64,000 bases of DNA from Deltaproteobacteria bacterium UBA5758 (GTDB lineage: Bacteria > Desulfobacterota > Syntrophorhabdia > Syntrophorhabdales > Syntrophorhabdaceae), in the NCBI GenBank assembly GCA_002418945.1, contig DIFC01000013.1, forward strand, positions 1 to 64,000, read 5' to 3'. How positions within the stretch are numbered: the stretch's first letter is position 1; every line of letters starts with the position of its first letter. The notes below the pieces were generated by a model. That model was not told the DNA's origin and made no database searches. It saw nothing but the letters and a program-made list of their open reading frames with translations. This document shows, in pieces, positions 28,486 to 37,852 of this stretch. A program made the position numbers and the translations under genes.

Positions 28486-28603
28486 TTAGCTATCAGCAGT
28501 AAACAAAAAGCAGACTAAGGTTTAGGCTGAAGCTGAGCAAATTCTGTTTTTCCTTAACCTCAACCTGTTTCTTCTCGCTATGAGCAATGAGCTGTTTGCT
28601 GCC
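28486..28603. repeat. Reverse copy of the 11798-11920 nested repeat element
   Basis: Shares gaggttaaggaaaaacagWatttgctca core and aaccttagYctgcttttt. Confidence 0.75.
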
Positions 28604-28607
28604 TTAT

Positions 28608-29360
28608 TCATTCCAGCCTGTATTCTACCGGCAGGATTACGGCCATCCGGTAAGGGATCCTCTGGGAGAACCTGGTCTTCAAGACCGCATCTTTTGCGCT
28701 CTCATCGAGGGCCCTGAAACCGGAACTGTTGACGACCTTCAGTTCTTCCACCGCGCCGTTTTCCAGAACCACAAAGGACAGGAGGACCTTTCCTTCCCAA
28801 CCCATCCTCCTCGCTCGCTCCGGGTATGTAATGTTCTTCATGATGTTTTCCCTGATGAAGGCAAAGCTCCGTTCTGCCGCGCCCCCGCGCCCATAGTTAA
28901 GCGTTCTGCCCTGCCCTCCTCCGGCGCTGCCCGGCATCCCTTTTTCAGCCAAACCGCTTTCCTGCTTTCCTTCCCCGCCGCCCGGCACTCCAATGTTGCC
29001 GTGCGCGACCACCTGCCCCTGCGGGTCTGAATAATGGCCCGCCGCTTTGTGCGCCTCGATTGTTTTCGCTGTTTGGACGCTTGCTTTTACTACCGACGGC
29101 TCTTTTTCTCCATGCTGAGGCTCCGCCGTTCTTCCACGCCCTTCGTCTTTTGCTCCTCGTTCTTCGGGCTGATCTCTCCCCCTCCTTGCACCGGCCGCAT
29201 TACCGCCTCCGCCGCCGGCCGCTGCGGTCTTTTCAAGGGTAAAATCGATCAGCATATTTTTTGGCTTGCTGTATTTTTCAGCGGGCAGAATAAAAAAGGC
29301 GGCAACAATAAGGATGTGCACCATAGCGGAAACGCCAAAACCTGCAGAATGCCCTCTCAT
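28608..29360 (-). CDS. tonB: Energy transducer TonB
   Basis: N-terminal TM with SxxxH (SAMVH), low-complexity linker, YPERARRMGWEGKV, SSGFRALD. Confidence 0.88.
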   Translation of the reverse strand: MRGHSAGFGVSAMVHILIVAAFFILPAEKYSKPKNMLIDFTLEKTAAAGGGGGNAAGARRGRDQPEERGAKDEGRGRTAEPQHGEKEPSVVKASVQTAKTIEAHKAAGHYSDPQGQVVAHGNIGVPGGGEGKQESGLAEKGMPGSAGGGQGRTLNYGRGGAAERSFAFIRENIMKNITYPERARRMGWEGKVLLSFVVLENGAVEELKVVNSSGFRALDESAKDAVLKTRFSQRIPYRMAVILPVEYRLE

Positions 29361-29740
29361 TGCAGCGCTTCTTCTGTCTGGAGGCTGACCCTTCTGAAAC
29401 CCATGGTCTTCACGACGTCGAGGACCTCAACAAAATTCTGAAGCGCTATGCCCCTGTCAGCCCTTATGAGAAACGGCGTATCTCTTGAAACATCACTGAG
29501 GCGGCTCTTCAGAGAAACAAGGTCAACCAATCTGCCTTGATAGTATACATCCCCTTTTCCGTCGATCTCGATCATGCCTGTTTTCATCGCCTTTTCGTGC
29601 TTGCCGGAGACCTTCGGCAGTTCAACGGGTATGATCCCGCTTGCCACAAAGGTGCTCGTCATCAGCACGATCGTGAGAAGGACGAGCATGACATCGATGA
29701 AAGGTATCATATTGATGTAATCAAACTCTTTTTCTTCCAT
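29357..29740 (-). CDS. exbD: Biopolymer transport protein ExbD
   Basis: INMIPFIDVMLVLLTI, LIRAD, VEVLD. Confidence 0.92.
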   Translation of the reverse strand: MEEKEFDYINMIPFIDVMLVLLTIVLMTSTFVASGIIPVELPKVSGKHEKAMKTGMIEIDGKGDVYYQGRLVDLVSLKSRLSDVSRDTPFLIRADRGIALQNFVEVLDVVKTMGFRRVSLQTEEALQ

Positions 29741-30164
29741 TCTCTCTGTCCCACTCAAGTAGCTTGACCTTCACTTTGCGCACGAGAAGATTGTAAAAGA
29801 TTATTGACGGTATGGCGACGAGCAATCCTACGGCCGTTGCTTTCAGGGCAAGGGCAAGGCCGACCATGATCCTCGTAGCATCGACATACCCTTCAGCGCC
29901 TATCGTGTAAAAGGTCAGCATGATCCCGAGAACCGTCCCAAGGAGGCCGATGTAGGGCGCGTTGCTCCCTACCGTCGCTATAAAGGACAACCTCCGCGTC
30001 ATGTCTATTTCGAGAGACTTCCTGTCGTCTTCATAGTTGCGGATATCCACCCTCTTCAGAAAAAGCATCCTTTCAATAAAGAGGGCGAGGGCAACAAACG
30101 AAAGGATCACAAGTATGGCGATGATCCCGTAATCTATCGCATATGCCAGCCAGTTCATTGCCAT
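29721..30164 (-). CDS. exbB: Biopolymer transport protein ExbB (short form)
   Basis: SNAPYIGLLGTVLGIM, ALKATAVGLLVAIP; start at 30164 or 30158. Confidence 0.92.
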   Translation of the reverse strand: MAMNWLAYAIDYGIIAILVILSFVALALFIERMLFLKRVDIRNYEDDRKSLEIDMTRRLSFIATVGSNAPYIGLLGTVLGIMLTFYTIGAEGYVDATRIMVGLALALKATAVGLLVAIPSIIFYNLLVRKVKVKLLEWDRENGRKRV

Positions 30165-30247
30165 AATTTATTATAAATACTGCTGCTTGTCAAAACTTCT
30201 CGACCTATGGTATTATCAGCTTCATTATCATACAAAAGGAGCTGTAA

Positions 30248-30622
30248 ATGGAAACCAACGACAATAACGGCTGCGGGGAAGCCGGGCTTTCGGAAAACCC
30301 CGAACTGATAAACATCAGCGTTTCCCCCGGAATAGAGCTGAAAAGCCACATATTCCTTATGTCGCCGCTGCCATGCTGCGCGCAGGCTGCGCTGCCTTTC
30401 TGGGCAAAGGTTTCGGGAAAGCTTCACAGCGGCAAACCGGAGGACGTCCTCGCAAGCGCCATTGTTACGCTCTACGACGACGGCGGTTCAAACATCATCC
30501 AATATTCGGACACCTTCGCGCTCGAAGCCGGTGCAATAACCGAATTTGAGGTAAAACTTTTGGAATTCCGTGACCTGACAAAGGGCTACAGCATCACCAT
30601 CACGGAAAGGGGATCCCTGTAA
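30248..30622 (+). CDS. Hypothetical protein
   Basis: RBS AAAGGAG, 124 aa, beta-rich; co-oriented with the Smr gene. Confidence 0.6.
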   Translation: METNDNNGCGEAGLSENPELINISVSPGIELKSHIFLMSPLPCCAQAALPFWAKVSGKLHSGKPEDVLASAIVTLYDDGGSNIIQYSDTFALEAGAITEFEVKLLEFRDLTKGYSITITERGSL

Positions 30623-30633
30623 AGACAATAGCG

Positions 30634-31278
30634 GTGAACAAAAAAGGTCCGACATACCGGCCATTCTCAGAGCTTTCCGAATTGATGAAGAAGACAAAAA
30701 TACCTGCCGTCAAAGTACAAGCGGACGGCGACGCTGCGTTCTCGGAGGCGATGAAGGACGTCAGGACCATTGACAGGCTAAAGAGAAGGCGCATCGAGAA
30801 ACGCCGGCCCAAACAGTTAAAGCATCATAACGAAGATGATGCAAAGAGGATCCTCGAAAAAACTGTCACAGGAGATTACCCCTTCAATGTCGTCAACATG
30901 CCCGAATATATGGAAGGCCATATCGAAGGCATAAACCCCGTCGTCATGGAAAAGCTCCGCAATGGCTAATTCGCTATACAGAAGATCCTCGACCTCCACG
31001 GCTGTACGCTCAATGAGGCAAAGGAGCGTTTTGAGCTATTTGTCAGGGAGATAGTCCGCGAAGGCCTCAACTGCGTTAAGGTCATTCACGGCCGGGGGCT
31101 GAAGTCAAAGAGCGCGCCCCTGCTGAAGGAAAATCTCAAGAAATGGGTCGTGAAGGCAATGCACAGAAAATGGGTCATGGCCTTCTCCAGCGCGACAATG
31201 CCGGACGGGGGCCCAGGCGCCACCTATATCCTTCTCAGGAAAAGACCGGAGAAGAAGAAGATACGTATTATCGGGTGA
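30634..31278 (+). pseudogene. Smr/MutS2 C-terminal-domain endonuclease interrupted by in-frame TAA at 30967-30969
   Basis: Frame continues KLRNG*FAIQKILDLHG...KVIHGRG...DGGPGATYILL to TGA at 31278. Confidence 0.85.
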
Positions 31279-31305
31279 CCAGTGACCAGGGACGTTTACT
31301 GACCA

Positions 31306-31545
31306 GGGACGTTGGTAACTTCTGTAACTTACTCATGATCTGTTCCCCGTTTTTATCATCTTTGATACCTCAACATACGTACATTCATTAAACTGACGGG
31401 TTCTTGGCACAGAGGTTTGCTCGTATAACATGGTGAAGGATATTGCACGCATCCAATCGTTTCTTGCGCAGCGACATCTTCCTCCATGAATTGAAATATT
31501 TTTCTTTGGCTGCAGCACGTTAGTTACCAAAGTTACCAACGTCCC
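31306..31545 (-). mobile_element. Non-autonomous remnant of a Y1/RAYT-type transposase element with inverted repeats
   Basis: Perfect 16-bp IR GGGACGTTGGTAACTT (24/27 when extended); internal mini-ORF 31477-31388 MSLRKKRLDACNILHHVIRA with RBS GGAGG. Confidence 0.6.
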
Positions 31546-31633
31546 CTCAGTCGGTTGTCCCCTCAGTCGGTGAAAGCTCTCAGCAGAATTAGCTTTAAAA
31601 TATCTTCCCTATTTGTTATAAAAAACAAGGAGG

Positions 31634-32440
31634 TTGGGGATGAAAAAGATCGGCATTATTGGCGTCGGGAACATGGGCGAGTCCATCATCAAGGCTCTCC
31701 TGAAAAAAGGCATCAAAAAAGAATCGATCACATTTTCTGAGATCAAAAAGGAACGCGCACGAACCGTTAAAAGGAATTTCGGCATCAAAGAGTCCGGAAA
31801 GCTTGGCGACCTTGTGTCGGGCGCCGATTATATCATCCTTGCCGTAAAGCCGCAGGATTCGAGAACGGTGCTCGCGGAAATCGCGCCCTTTTTTGATCTC
31901 AGCAAGATCATTATTACAATAATGGCAGGGGTAACAACCTCAAATATACTTTCGGCCATCGGAAAGCCCGTCAAGATCGTCAAAGCAATGCCGAACATCT
32001 GTGTTAAGGTCGGCGAAGGGGTGATCGGTATTACTCACAATAAGACCGTAAAAGATGGAGAGCTGAAAAATGTCAAAGATCTGTTTGAGCCTCTTGGAAA
32101 GGTCGTTGAGATTGGAGAAGAGCTGATGGACGCCATGACGGCGCTCGGCGCCAGTGGGCCGGCATTCTTCCTCCTCTTTCTTGAGGCGATGATCGACGCG
32201 GGACTTAAGGTGGGCATCCCAAGGGAAAAGGCAAGGGTCATCTCCGCCCAGGTGGTTAAGGGCACCCTGAAGATGCTTGAAGAGGAAGGGATGCACCCTG
32301 CGGTCATGAGAGACATGATTACTTCGCCCGGCGGCACAACTATTTCCGGCATAGCCGTCCTCGAAGAAAAGGCCTTCAAAGGAATCCTTATCGAAGCGAT
32401 AGAGAAGGCCAGCAAGAGGGCAAAAGAGCTTTCATTATAA
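31634..32440 (+). CDS. proC: Pyrroline-5-carboxylate reductase
   Basis: IGVGNMG, LAVKPQ, MPNI, SGPAF, SPGGTT; start may be ATG 31640. Confidence 0.95.
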   Translation: MGMKKIGIIGVGNMGESIIKALLKKGIKKESITFSEIKKERARTVKRNFGIKESGKLGDLVSGADYIILAVKPQDSRTVLAEIAPFFDLSKIIITIMAGVTTSNILSAIGKPVKIVKAMPNICVKVGEGVIGITHNKTVKDGELKNVKDLFEPLGKVVEIGEELMDAMTALGASGPAFFLLFLEAMIDAGLKVGIPREKARVISAQVVKGTLKMLEEEGMHPAVMRDMITSPGGTTISGIAVLEEKAFKGILIEAIEKASKRAKELSL

Positions 32441-33090
32441 TGTTGAACAACTTCCAGAGCAAAAGGCAACAGATGGTCGATTCGCAGCTTATCCCGAGGG
32501 GTATCAGGGATAAACGGGTGATCGATGCGATGAAAAAGGTGCCGCGCCATCTCTTTCTTGACGAAGCCCTCTGGCCGCAGGCTTACGACGATCATCCCCT
32601 CCCTATCGGTGAAAAACAAACGATTTCCCAACCCTATATAGTGGCGCTCATGACGGAACTCCTCCGTCTCACGGGCAGAGAAAAGGTCCTCGAGATAGGG
32701 AGCGGATCAGGCTATCAGACAGCCGTCCTGGCCGAGCTCGCCGAACAGGTTTATACCGTCGAGAGGATACCGTCGATCGCGAAACGGGCCAGGAGGCTCT
32801 TCGACGACATGAAATACCGGAATATAATTATCACCATCGGTGACGGGACGCTTGGCTGGAAGGAACACAGCCCCTACGACGGCATAATTGTAACCGCAGC
32901 TGCGCCCGATCCTCCCAGACCGCTCCTTGAGCAATTGGGCATCGGGGGCAGGCTTGTGATACCCATCGGGAATGAATTCTCACAGGACCTTATCGTGTAT
33001 ACCCGCGAAGACGGCAACAATTACAGCGAAGAAAACCACGGCGGGTGCAGATTTGTAAAGCTGATAGGAGAGCGCGGTTGGAGAGACTGA
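32440..33090 (+). CDS. pcm: Protein-L-isoaspartate O-methyltransferase
   Basis: [41 protein letters not shown]. Confidence 0.95.
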   Translation: MLNNFQSKRQQMVDSQLIPRGIRDKRVIDAMKKVPRHLFLDEALWPQAYDDHPLPIGEKQTISQPYIVALMTELLRLTGREKVLEIGSGSGYQTAVLAELAEQVYTVERIPSIAKRARRLFDDMKYRNIIITIGDGTLGWKEHSPYDGIIVTAAAPDPPRPLLEQLGIGGRLVIPIGNEFSQDLIVYTREDGNNYSEENHGGCRFVKLIGERGWRD

Positions 33091-33953
33091 ACGAAGGGAC
33101 CCGCAGCGTCTATCCTTCTCCAAATGAAGAGATGAAGGTCGAAAGGCTTTACATGAGGGACCTCAGGAAGCTTCCCATCATCTCCTTCGAGGAGGAAAAG
33201 GCCTATGCAGTAAGGATAGCCCAGGGTGACCCCGAGGCCAGAAGAAAACTGATAGAGGCAAACCTGAGACTCGTCGTCAAGATAGCGCGCAAATATACAA
33301 ACCAGGGCATCTCGATCCTTGACCTTATCGAGGAAGGGAATATCGGCCTTATCAGGGCGGTTGAAAAATTTGACCCCGCAAGGGAGTGCAGGTTCTCCAC
33401 CTATGCGACATGGTGGATCAAACAGGCCGTAGAGAGATCGATAGCGAACCACTCACGGACAATACGCCTCCCTGTGCACGTCTCATCAAGGATCCATAAG
33501 ATCGCAAAGCTGACGAGCCATTATATGGAAAAGGAAGGGAGGGAACCTTCGATCGAAGAGCTCTCACGCGACACGGGTCTCAAAATAGAGTTTATCCGGA
33601 ATCTCTTCTCTATGATAATAAAGACCTATTCCCTGGAGACGCTCATCGACGAAGAGGGGAAGCTCACCCTCGAAGAAGTGCTTGCGGATCCTCTCATCGA
33701 GGAGCCCCTTTCCGTTCTTGAGCATACCAAGAGGGCGGAAGAGGTAGCGTCATGGCTCGATACCCTCACTGCCGACGAAAAGAAGGTCGTTACCCTGAGA
33801 TACGGCCTCGATGGCGAGGAGCCTCAAACCCTTGAATCTATCGGCAAGATATTCGGAGTAACAAGAGAGCGGATACGTCAGATAGAACAGAAGGCGCTTA
33901 ACAAGCTTCGGCGCACAGTCAAGAGAAAAAATATTGGAACAGAAAACATCTGA
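33087..33953 (+). CDS. rpoS: RNA polymerase sigma factor, RpoS-like
   Basis: [36 protein letters not shown]; no region 1.1; downstream of pcm; start uncertain (CTG 33087 or ATG 33132). Confidence 0.75.
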   Translation: MNEGTRSVYPSPNEEMKVERLYMRDLRKLPIISFEEEKAYAVRIAQGDPEARRKLIEANLRLVVKIARKYTNQGISILDLIEEGNIGLIRAVEKFDPARECRFSTYATWWIKQAVERSIANHSRTIRLPVHVSSRIHKIAKLTSHYMEKEGREPSIEELSRDTGLKIEFIRNLFSMIIKTYSLETLIDEEGKLTLEEVLADPLIEEPLSVLEHTKRAEEVASWLDTLTADEKKVVTLRYGLDGEEPQTLESIGKIFGVTRERIRQIEQKALNKLRRTVKRKNIGTENI

Positions 33954-35457
33954 AACACACTCTCCCGGCAATCCTGCACGGGACATCGTCAAAAAGGGCT
34001 CCGTCATAACACTGATAACACTTATCAGCAGGCCGTTGGGCTACATCAGGGAAGCAATACAGGCATACCTCTTCGGCGCGACCCTTCTCGTTGACGCATT
34101 TATTGTTGCCTTCAATTTCCCCGAGCTCATTCAAACCCTCTTTTTTTCCGGGGCAACGAGCGCCTTTCTCATACCCGTCTGCACCAGATACCTCCATGAC
34201 CGCAATGAGTATTCCAGGATCTACTCCACCTTCATAAATTTATCCCTGATGATCACCTTTTTCGTCTCAGTTGTATTCTTTCTGTTCAGCGCAGCCATCA
34301 CCGGCATGATTGCGCCCGGCTTCAGCCCCGATGCAAAGGAGATCACGAAAGGCCTCTTTATCATCATGATACCTGTCATCTCGCTCCACACACTGCTGTC
34401 CGTCATGAAGGCATTCCTCAACGCAAAGGAACACTTCGCTGCGCCGGAGATGTCGGGGATCCTCTGGAACATCGCCTTTATCGTAGCAGCGCTCACCCTG
34501 AAAGACAGGTTCGGCATATACAGCCTTGCTATCGGGGTCACTGCCGGCTCCTTTCTGCAGATCATCATGCAATACCCTTATCTCAGGAAGCTGGGTATTC
34601 GCTACAGCTTCTCGCTGGATTTCTCCCACCCCTCTTTTTCGGAAGCAAGGAGCCTTTTTTTAGGGGCGCTGATTGCCACATCCATTGTCCCCATCAACAG
34701 CTTTATCGGCAGGATCATCGCCTCCTATCTTCCCCAAGGCGAAGTCGCGTCTCTTTCTTATGCGTTTCGGATATTCATCCTGCCCTTCAGCCTTTTCGCA
34801 GTGCCTGTTTATACGGTCACCTTTTCAAAGGTCTCCAGATTTTACCATAACAGAGATTGGCGCAGCATATCTGCGCATATTGACAGCTCGATCATTCTGC
34901 TGTGCATCACGCTGATACCCTCTACGATCCTGCTCTGCTCGGTAGGGGACATCTGCACAAAGATCCTTTACGAGAGGGGCGCCTTCGGGGCATATGAAAC
35001 GTATATCACGAACCGGGCCCTTTTCGGCTACAGCATAGGACTCATCTTTTACGCGCTCTCTATCTCACTGGTAAGGATATTCAACGCCCTCCACGACATG
35101 AAGACCCCTGCCCTCGTGGGAATAACATCCATCTTTCTCAATGCTGTACTCGCGTCTCTCCTCATGGTCCCTTTTAAAAACCTCGGGATATCCCTCGCGA
35201 CCTCGATCGTGTCGCTCTATAACTTTGCATTTCTCTATGTCCTTCTCAGGAAAAAGATCGAGTACCGCATGACAAAAAGGACGTTCAGGGATATTATTAA
35301 AACGCTTTTCGCGGGGATTACGCTCACGCTTGCCATCGCCCTGGCGCGCCATTTCTTCGCCAACGATTACGCCATTCTTTTTTCCTGCGTCCTTCTTACG
35401 GCAATAATCTACGGGCTATTTTTTAAAGACTACTATCGTTCGCTCCTGAAAAAATAA
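33934..35457 (+). CDS. murJ: Lipid II flippase MurJ
   Basis: [31 protein letters not shown]; multi-TM. Confidence 0.9.
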   Translation: MEQKTSETHSPGNPARDIVKKGSVITLITLISRPLGYIREAIQAYLFGATLLVDAFIVAFNFPELIQTLFFSGATSAFLIPVCTRYLHDRNEYSRIYSTFINLSLMITFFVSVVFFLFSAAITGMIAPGFSPDAKEITKGLFIIMIPVISLHTLLSVMKAFLNAKEHFAAPEMSGILWNIAFIVAALTLKDRFGIYSLAIGVTAGSFLQIIMQYPYLRKLGIRYSFSLDFSHPSFSEARSLFLGALIATSIVPINSFIGRIIASYLPQGEVASLSYAFRIFILPFSLFAVPVYTVTFSKVSRFYHNRDWRSISAHIDSSIILLCITLIPSTILLCSVGDICTKILYERGAFGAYETYITNRALFGYSIGLIFYALSISLVRIFNALHDMKTPALVGITSIFLNAVLASLLMVPFKNLGISLATSIVSLYNFAFLYVLLRKKIEYRMTKRTFRDIIKTLFAGITLTLAIALARHFFANDYAILFSCVLLTAIIYGLFFKDYYRSLLKK

Positions 35458-35464
35458 GAGGTCT

Positions 35465-36190
35465 TTATTCCAGGCCCAGCTTCTGTCGCAGTTGTTTTAC
35501 ATATTCCAGTCCGTCAGGTTTGAAGGGCTCCGGGGTCCATGGCATTTCGCTCAGCGTACTCATAATAGAAGACAACTGGTCAAAGGGGATCGATATGAAC
35601 TGAAGCCCTTCAGGGAACAACCGTCTCCGCCTCATTCCAAAGCCCATGCCTGATGTGATAAAATTTACTTCGCCGCTCAGGAAGGGGTATACATAAAGCC
35701 ATGCGCAGCCTATGGCGGTCGAGTACTGGCTTGACCATTTTTTTCCCGTATTGTAGCTCATGGCCCTGAGGATGGTCCATGCCTGGCTTGTCGGGACAAG
35801 AAAGATCATCACGTCGGGGTCAAAGGAGAGTTTGTCCAGAGGGGAGAGGACAACATAGTTGACCGAGTTCCGCGCAATTCTGGGCAGATAATTGTAAACC
35901 CTGGCGGCAGCCCGGTTATCTTTGAAGGCGCCCAATCCCGCGCCGAATTCTCCGCTTATAAATTGAGGTTCGCCCTCTGATTGTCCCAATACGTACGGTC
36001 CGGCCTCGCAGGTGTGGTTCTTTGCGTCCGCGTAAAAGACATCTCCTCCCTGTGCCTTTTTAAGCATTTCGCAGAGGGCCATCTTTTGATCGAGCCTGCT
36101 TATGCCTTCCGGCTGTCTGACCAGGTACTTTACGCCGACCGGCTGGGTCTCGAACCTGAATTCGTCGAATACGGCAAAACTTTCATTCAT
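35465..36190 (-). CDS. DUF169 family protein
   Basis: PVGVK, LCEM, HTCEAG, PDVMIF, IGCAW, GMR pattern; RBS GGAGGGG before ATG 36190. Confidence 0.75.
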   Translation of the reverse strand: MNESFAVFDEFRFETQPVGVKYLVRQPEGISRLDQKMALCEMLKKAQGGDVFYADAKNHTCEAGPYVLGQSEGEPQFISGEFGAGLGAFKDNRAAARVYNYLPRIARNSVNYVVLSPLDKLSFDPDVMIFLVPTSQAWTILRAMSYNTGKKWSSQYSTAIGCAWLYVYPFLSGEVNFITSGMGFGMRRRRLFPEGLQFISIPFDQLSSIMSTLSEMPWTPEPFKPDGLEYVKQLRQKLGLE

Positions 36191-36210
36191 GTGCCCCTCC
36201 GTTCCAAGCA

Positions 36211-37806
36211 TTACTTTGCCTTGCGATATTTCTCCCTCAACTCCTTTTTCAATATCTTTCCCTGAGGGTTCTTGGGCAAGGATTCTACAAATTCTACCGA
36301 ACGCGGCGCCTTGTACCGGGCAAGGTTTTCCTTGCAGAAATTGGCGATATCATCTCCGGTGGCAGTCTGTCCCGGCTTCAGAACGATCACTGCATGAACC
36401 CTTTCCACCCATTTCTCATCGGGGACGCCGATCACGGCGCACTCCATCACTGCCGGGTGGCGGTAGAGCACCTCTTCCACCTCGCGCGGATAAACGTTTT
36501 CGCCGCCTGAGATCACCAGATCCTTCTTCCTGTCAACAATATAAATAAAGCCCTTATCGTCGTAGTACCCCATGTCGCCGGTATGCAGCCACCCGTCGAC
36601 GATCGTCTCTTTGGTAAGGTCCGGTTTATTCCAGTAGCCCACCATAACAGACTTGCTCTGAACGATGATCTCGCCTACATCCCCCGGCTTCACATCATTG
36701 CCTTCATCGTCCACAATCTTTGCATGGACCCACAGGCAGGGCTGTCCACAGGAGGCGAGCACCTTCTGCTCCTCGGGGGATTTATTGACTACATTATGCG
36801 ATTCCATCGACATAATCGAGATATCGGGGCCCGACTCTGTCTGCCCGTAGCCCTGGGCAAAGATGGGGCCGAACTTGGCCATCCCCTTGCGGAGCAGCTC
36901 CACGGGCATGGGAGAGGCTGCGTACCATATCCGGTTCAGCTTTGTAAGGTCATAACGGTCCATATCAGGCACGTTGAGCATGCTTACCAGGTGGGTTGGG
37001 ACAATATGGATATCCGTTGCCTTTTCGTCTGCGAGGGCTTGCATGGTTGCCACAGCGTCGTAGGAACGCTGCGGCATGATCACGTTGCATGCGCCGGCGC
37101 AGTAAAAGGCCCAGAAGTGCGACCAGCCGCCTATGTGGAAGAGGGGGAGGATCATGATGTGCTTGTGTTCAGGCAGAATGCCGATCGTAAACACCTTTGT
37201 CCGGGCCTCCTCTAGCTTGCGGTAATGCGTATAGATGGCGCCCCGCGGTACTCCGGTGGTGCCGCTTGTATAGAAGATGATCACAGGATCGTCTTCATCA
37301 ACCACTGCAGGTGGCTCCTCCTGGGGGAAGCGGGCAAGAAGCTCATCGTGATCAAGCATCCCATCGGCCTTGCTTTCCAGCGAGATAAAATGGGAGACCC
37401 TCGTTAAGCGCGAACGTATTTTATTGACGATCTCCACCAGTTCGGGACCGACGAACAATGCGCGCACCTGCGAGTCGTTGATGATGTAGTCAAGCTCATC
37501 AGCGCCCATCCTGGGGTTGATGGGACAGACGACAAATCCTCCTTTCATTGCAGCCCCGGTAACATCGGTGCACTCGAGACAGTTCCAGGAAAGAAGGCCG
37601 ATCCCGTCGCCCTTTTTGAGCCCCAACGACAAAAGGGCGTGTATAAGGCTGTTGACGCGGCCGTTATGCTGGGAAAAGGTAACCCTCTTCGCCCCGTACA
37701 CAAAAACTTCACGGTCTGCCCTGAGAAGGGCGTTCCGGTAAACAATATCTGCATATGTGCCGATGTTGTAGCGGCTTAGTTCTTTTAATATTAGTTTTTC
37801 TGACAT
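36211..37806 (-). CDS. Acyl-CoA synthetase (AMP-forming, fatty-acid-CoA ligase family)
   Basis: YTSGTTGVPRG, PLFHIGG, YGQTE, GWLHTGD, SGGENVYP, PKNPQGKILK. Confidence 0.92.
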   Translation of the reverse strand: MSEKLILKELSRYNIGTYADIVYRNALLRADREVFVYGAKRVTFSQHNGRVNSLIHALLSLGLKKGDGIGLLSWNCLECTDVTGAAMKGGFVVCPINPRMGADELDYIINDSQVRALFVGPELVEIVNKIRSRLTRVSHFISLESKADGMLDHDELLARFPQEEPPAVVDEDDPVIIFYTSGTTGVPRGAIYTHYRKLEEARTKVFTIGILPEHKHIMILPLFHIGGWSHFWAFYCAGACNVIMPQRSYDAVATMQALADEKATDIHIVPTHLVSMLNVPDMDRYDLTKLNRIWYAASPMPVELLRKGMAKFGPIFAQGYGQTESGPDISIMSMESHNVVNKSPEEQKVLASCGQPCLWVHAKIVDDEGNDVKPGDVGEIIVQSKSVMVGYWNKPDLTKETIVDGWLHTGDMGYYDDKGFIYIVDRKKDLVISGGENVYPREVEEVLYRHPAVMECAVIGVPDEKWVERVHAVIVLKPGQTATGDDIANFCKENLARYKAPRSVEFVESLPKNPQGKILKKELREKYRKAK

Positions 37807-37852
37807 CTTGTCCTCCTTGCAAAAATGAACTTTCGCGGCGCTGTTCTTTCCT

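Noticed and set aside
30967..30969. Selenocysteine or pyrrolysine recoding in the Smr gene
   Set aside because: The codon is TAA, not TGA or TAG, and no recoding signal was seen
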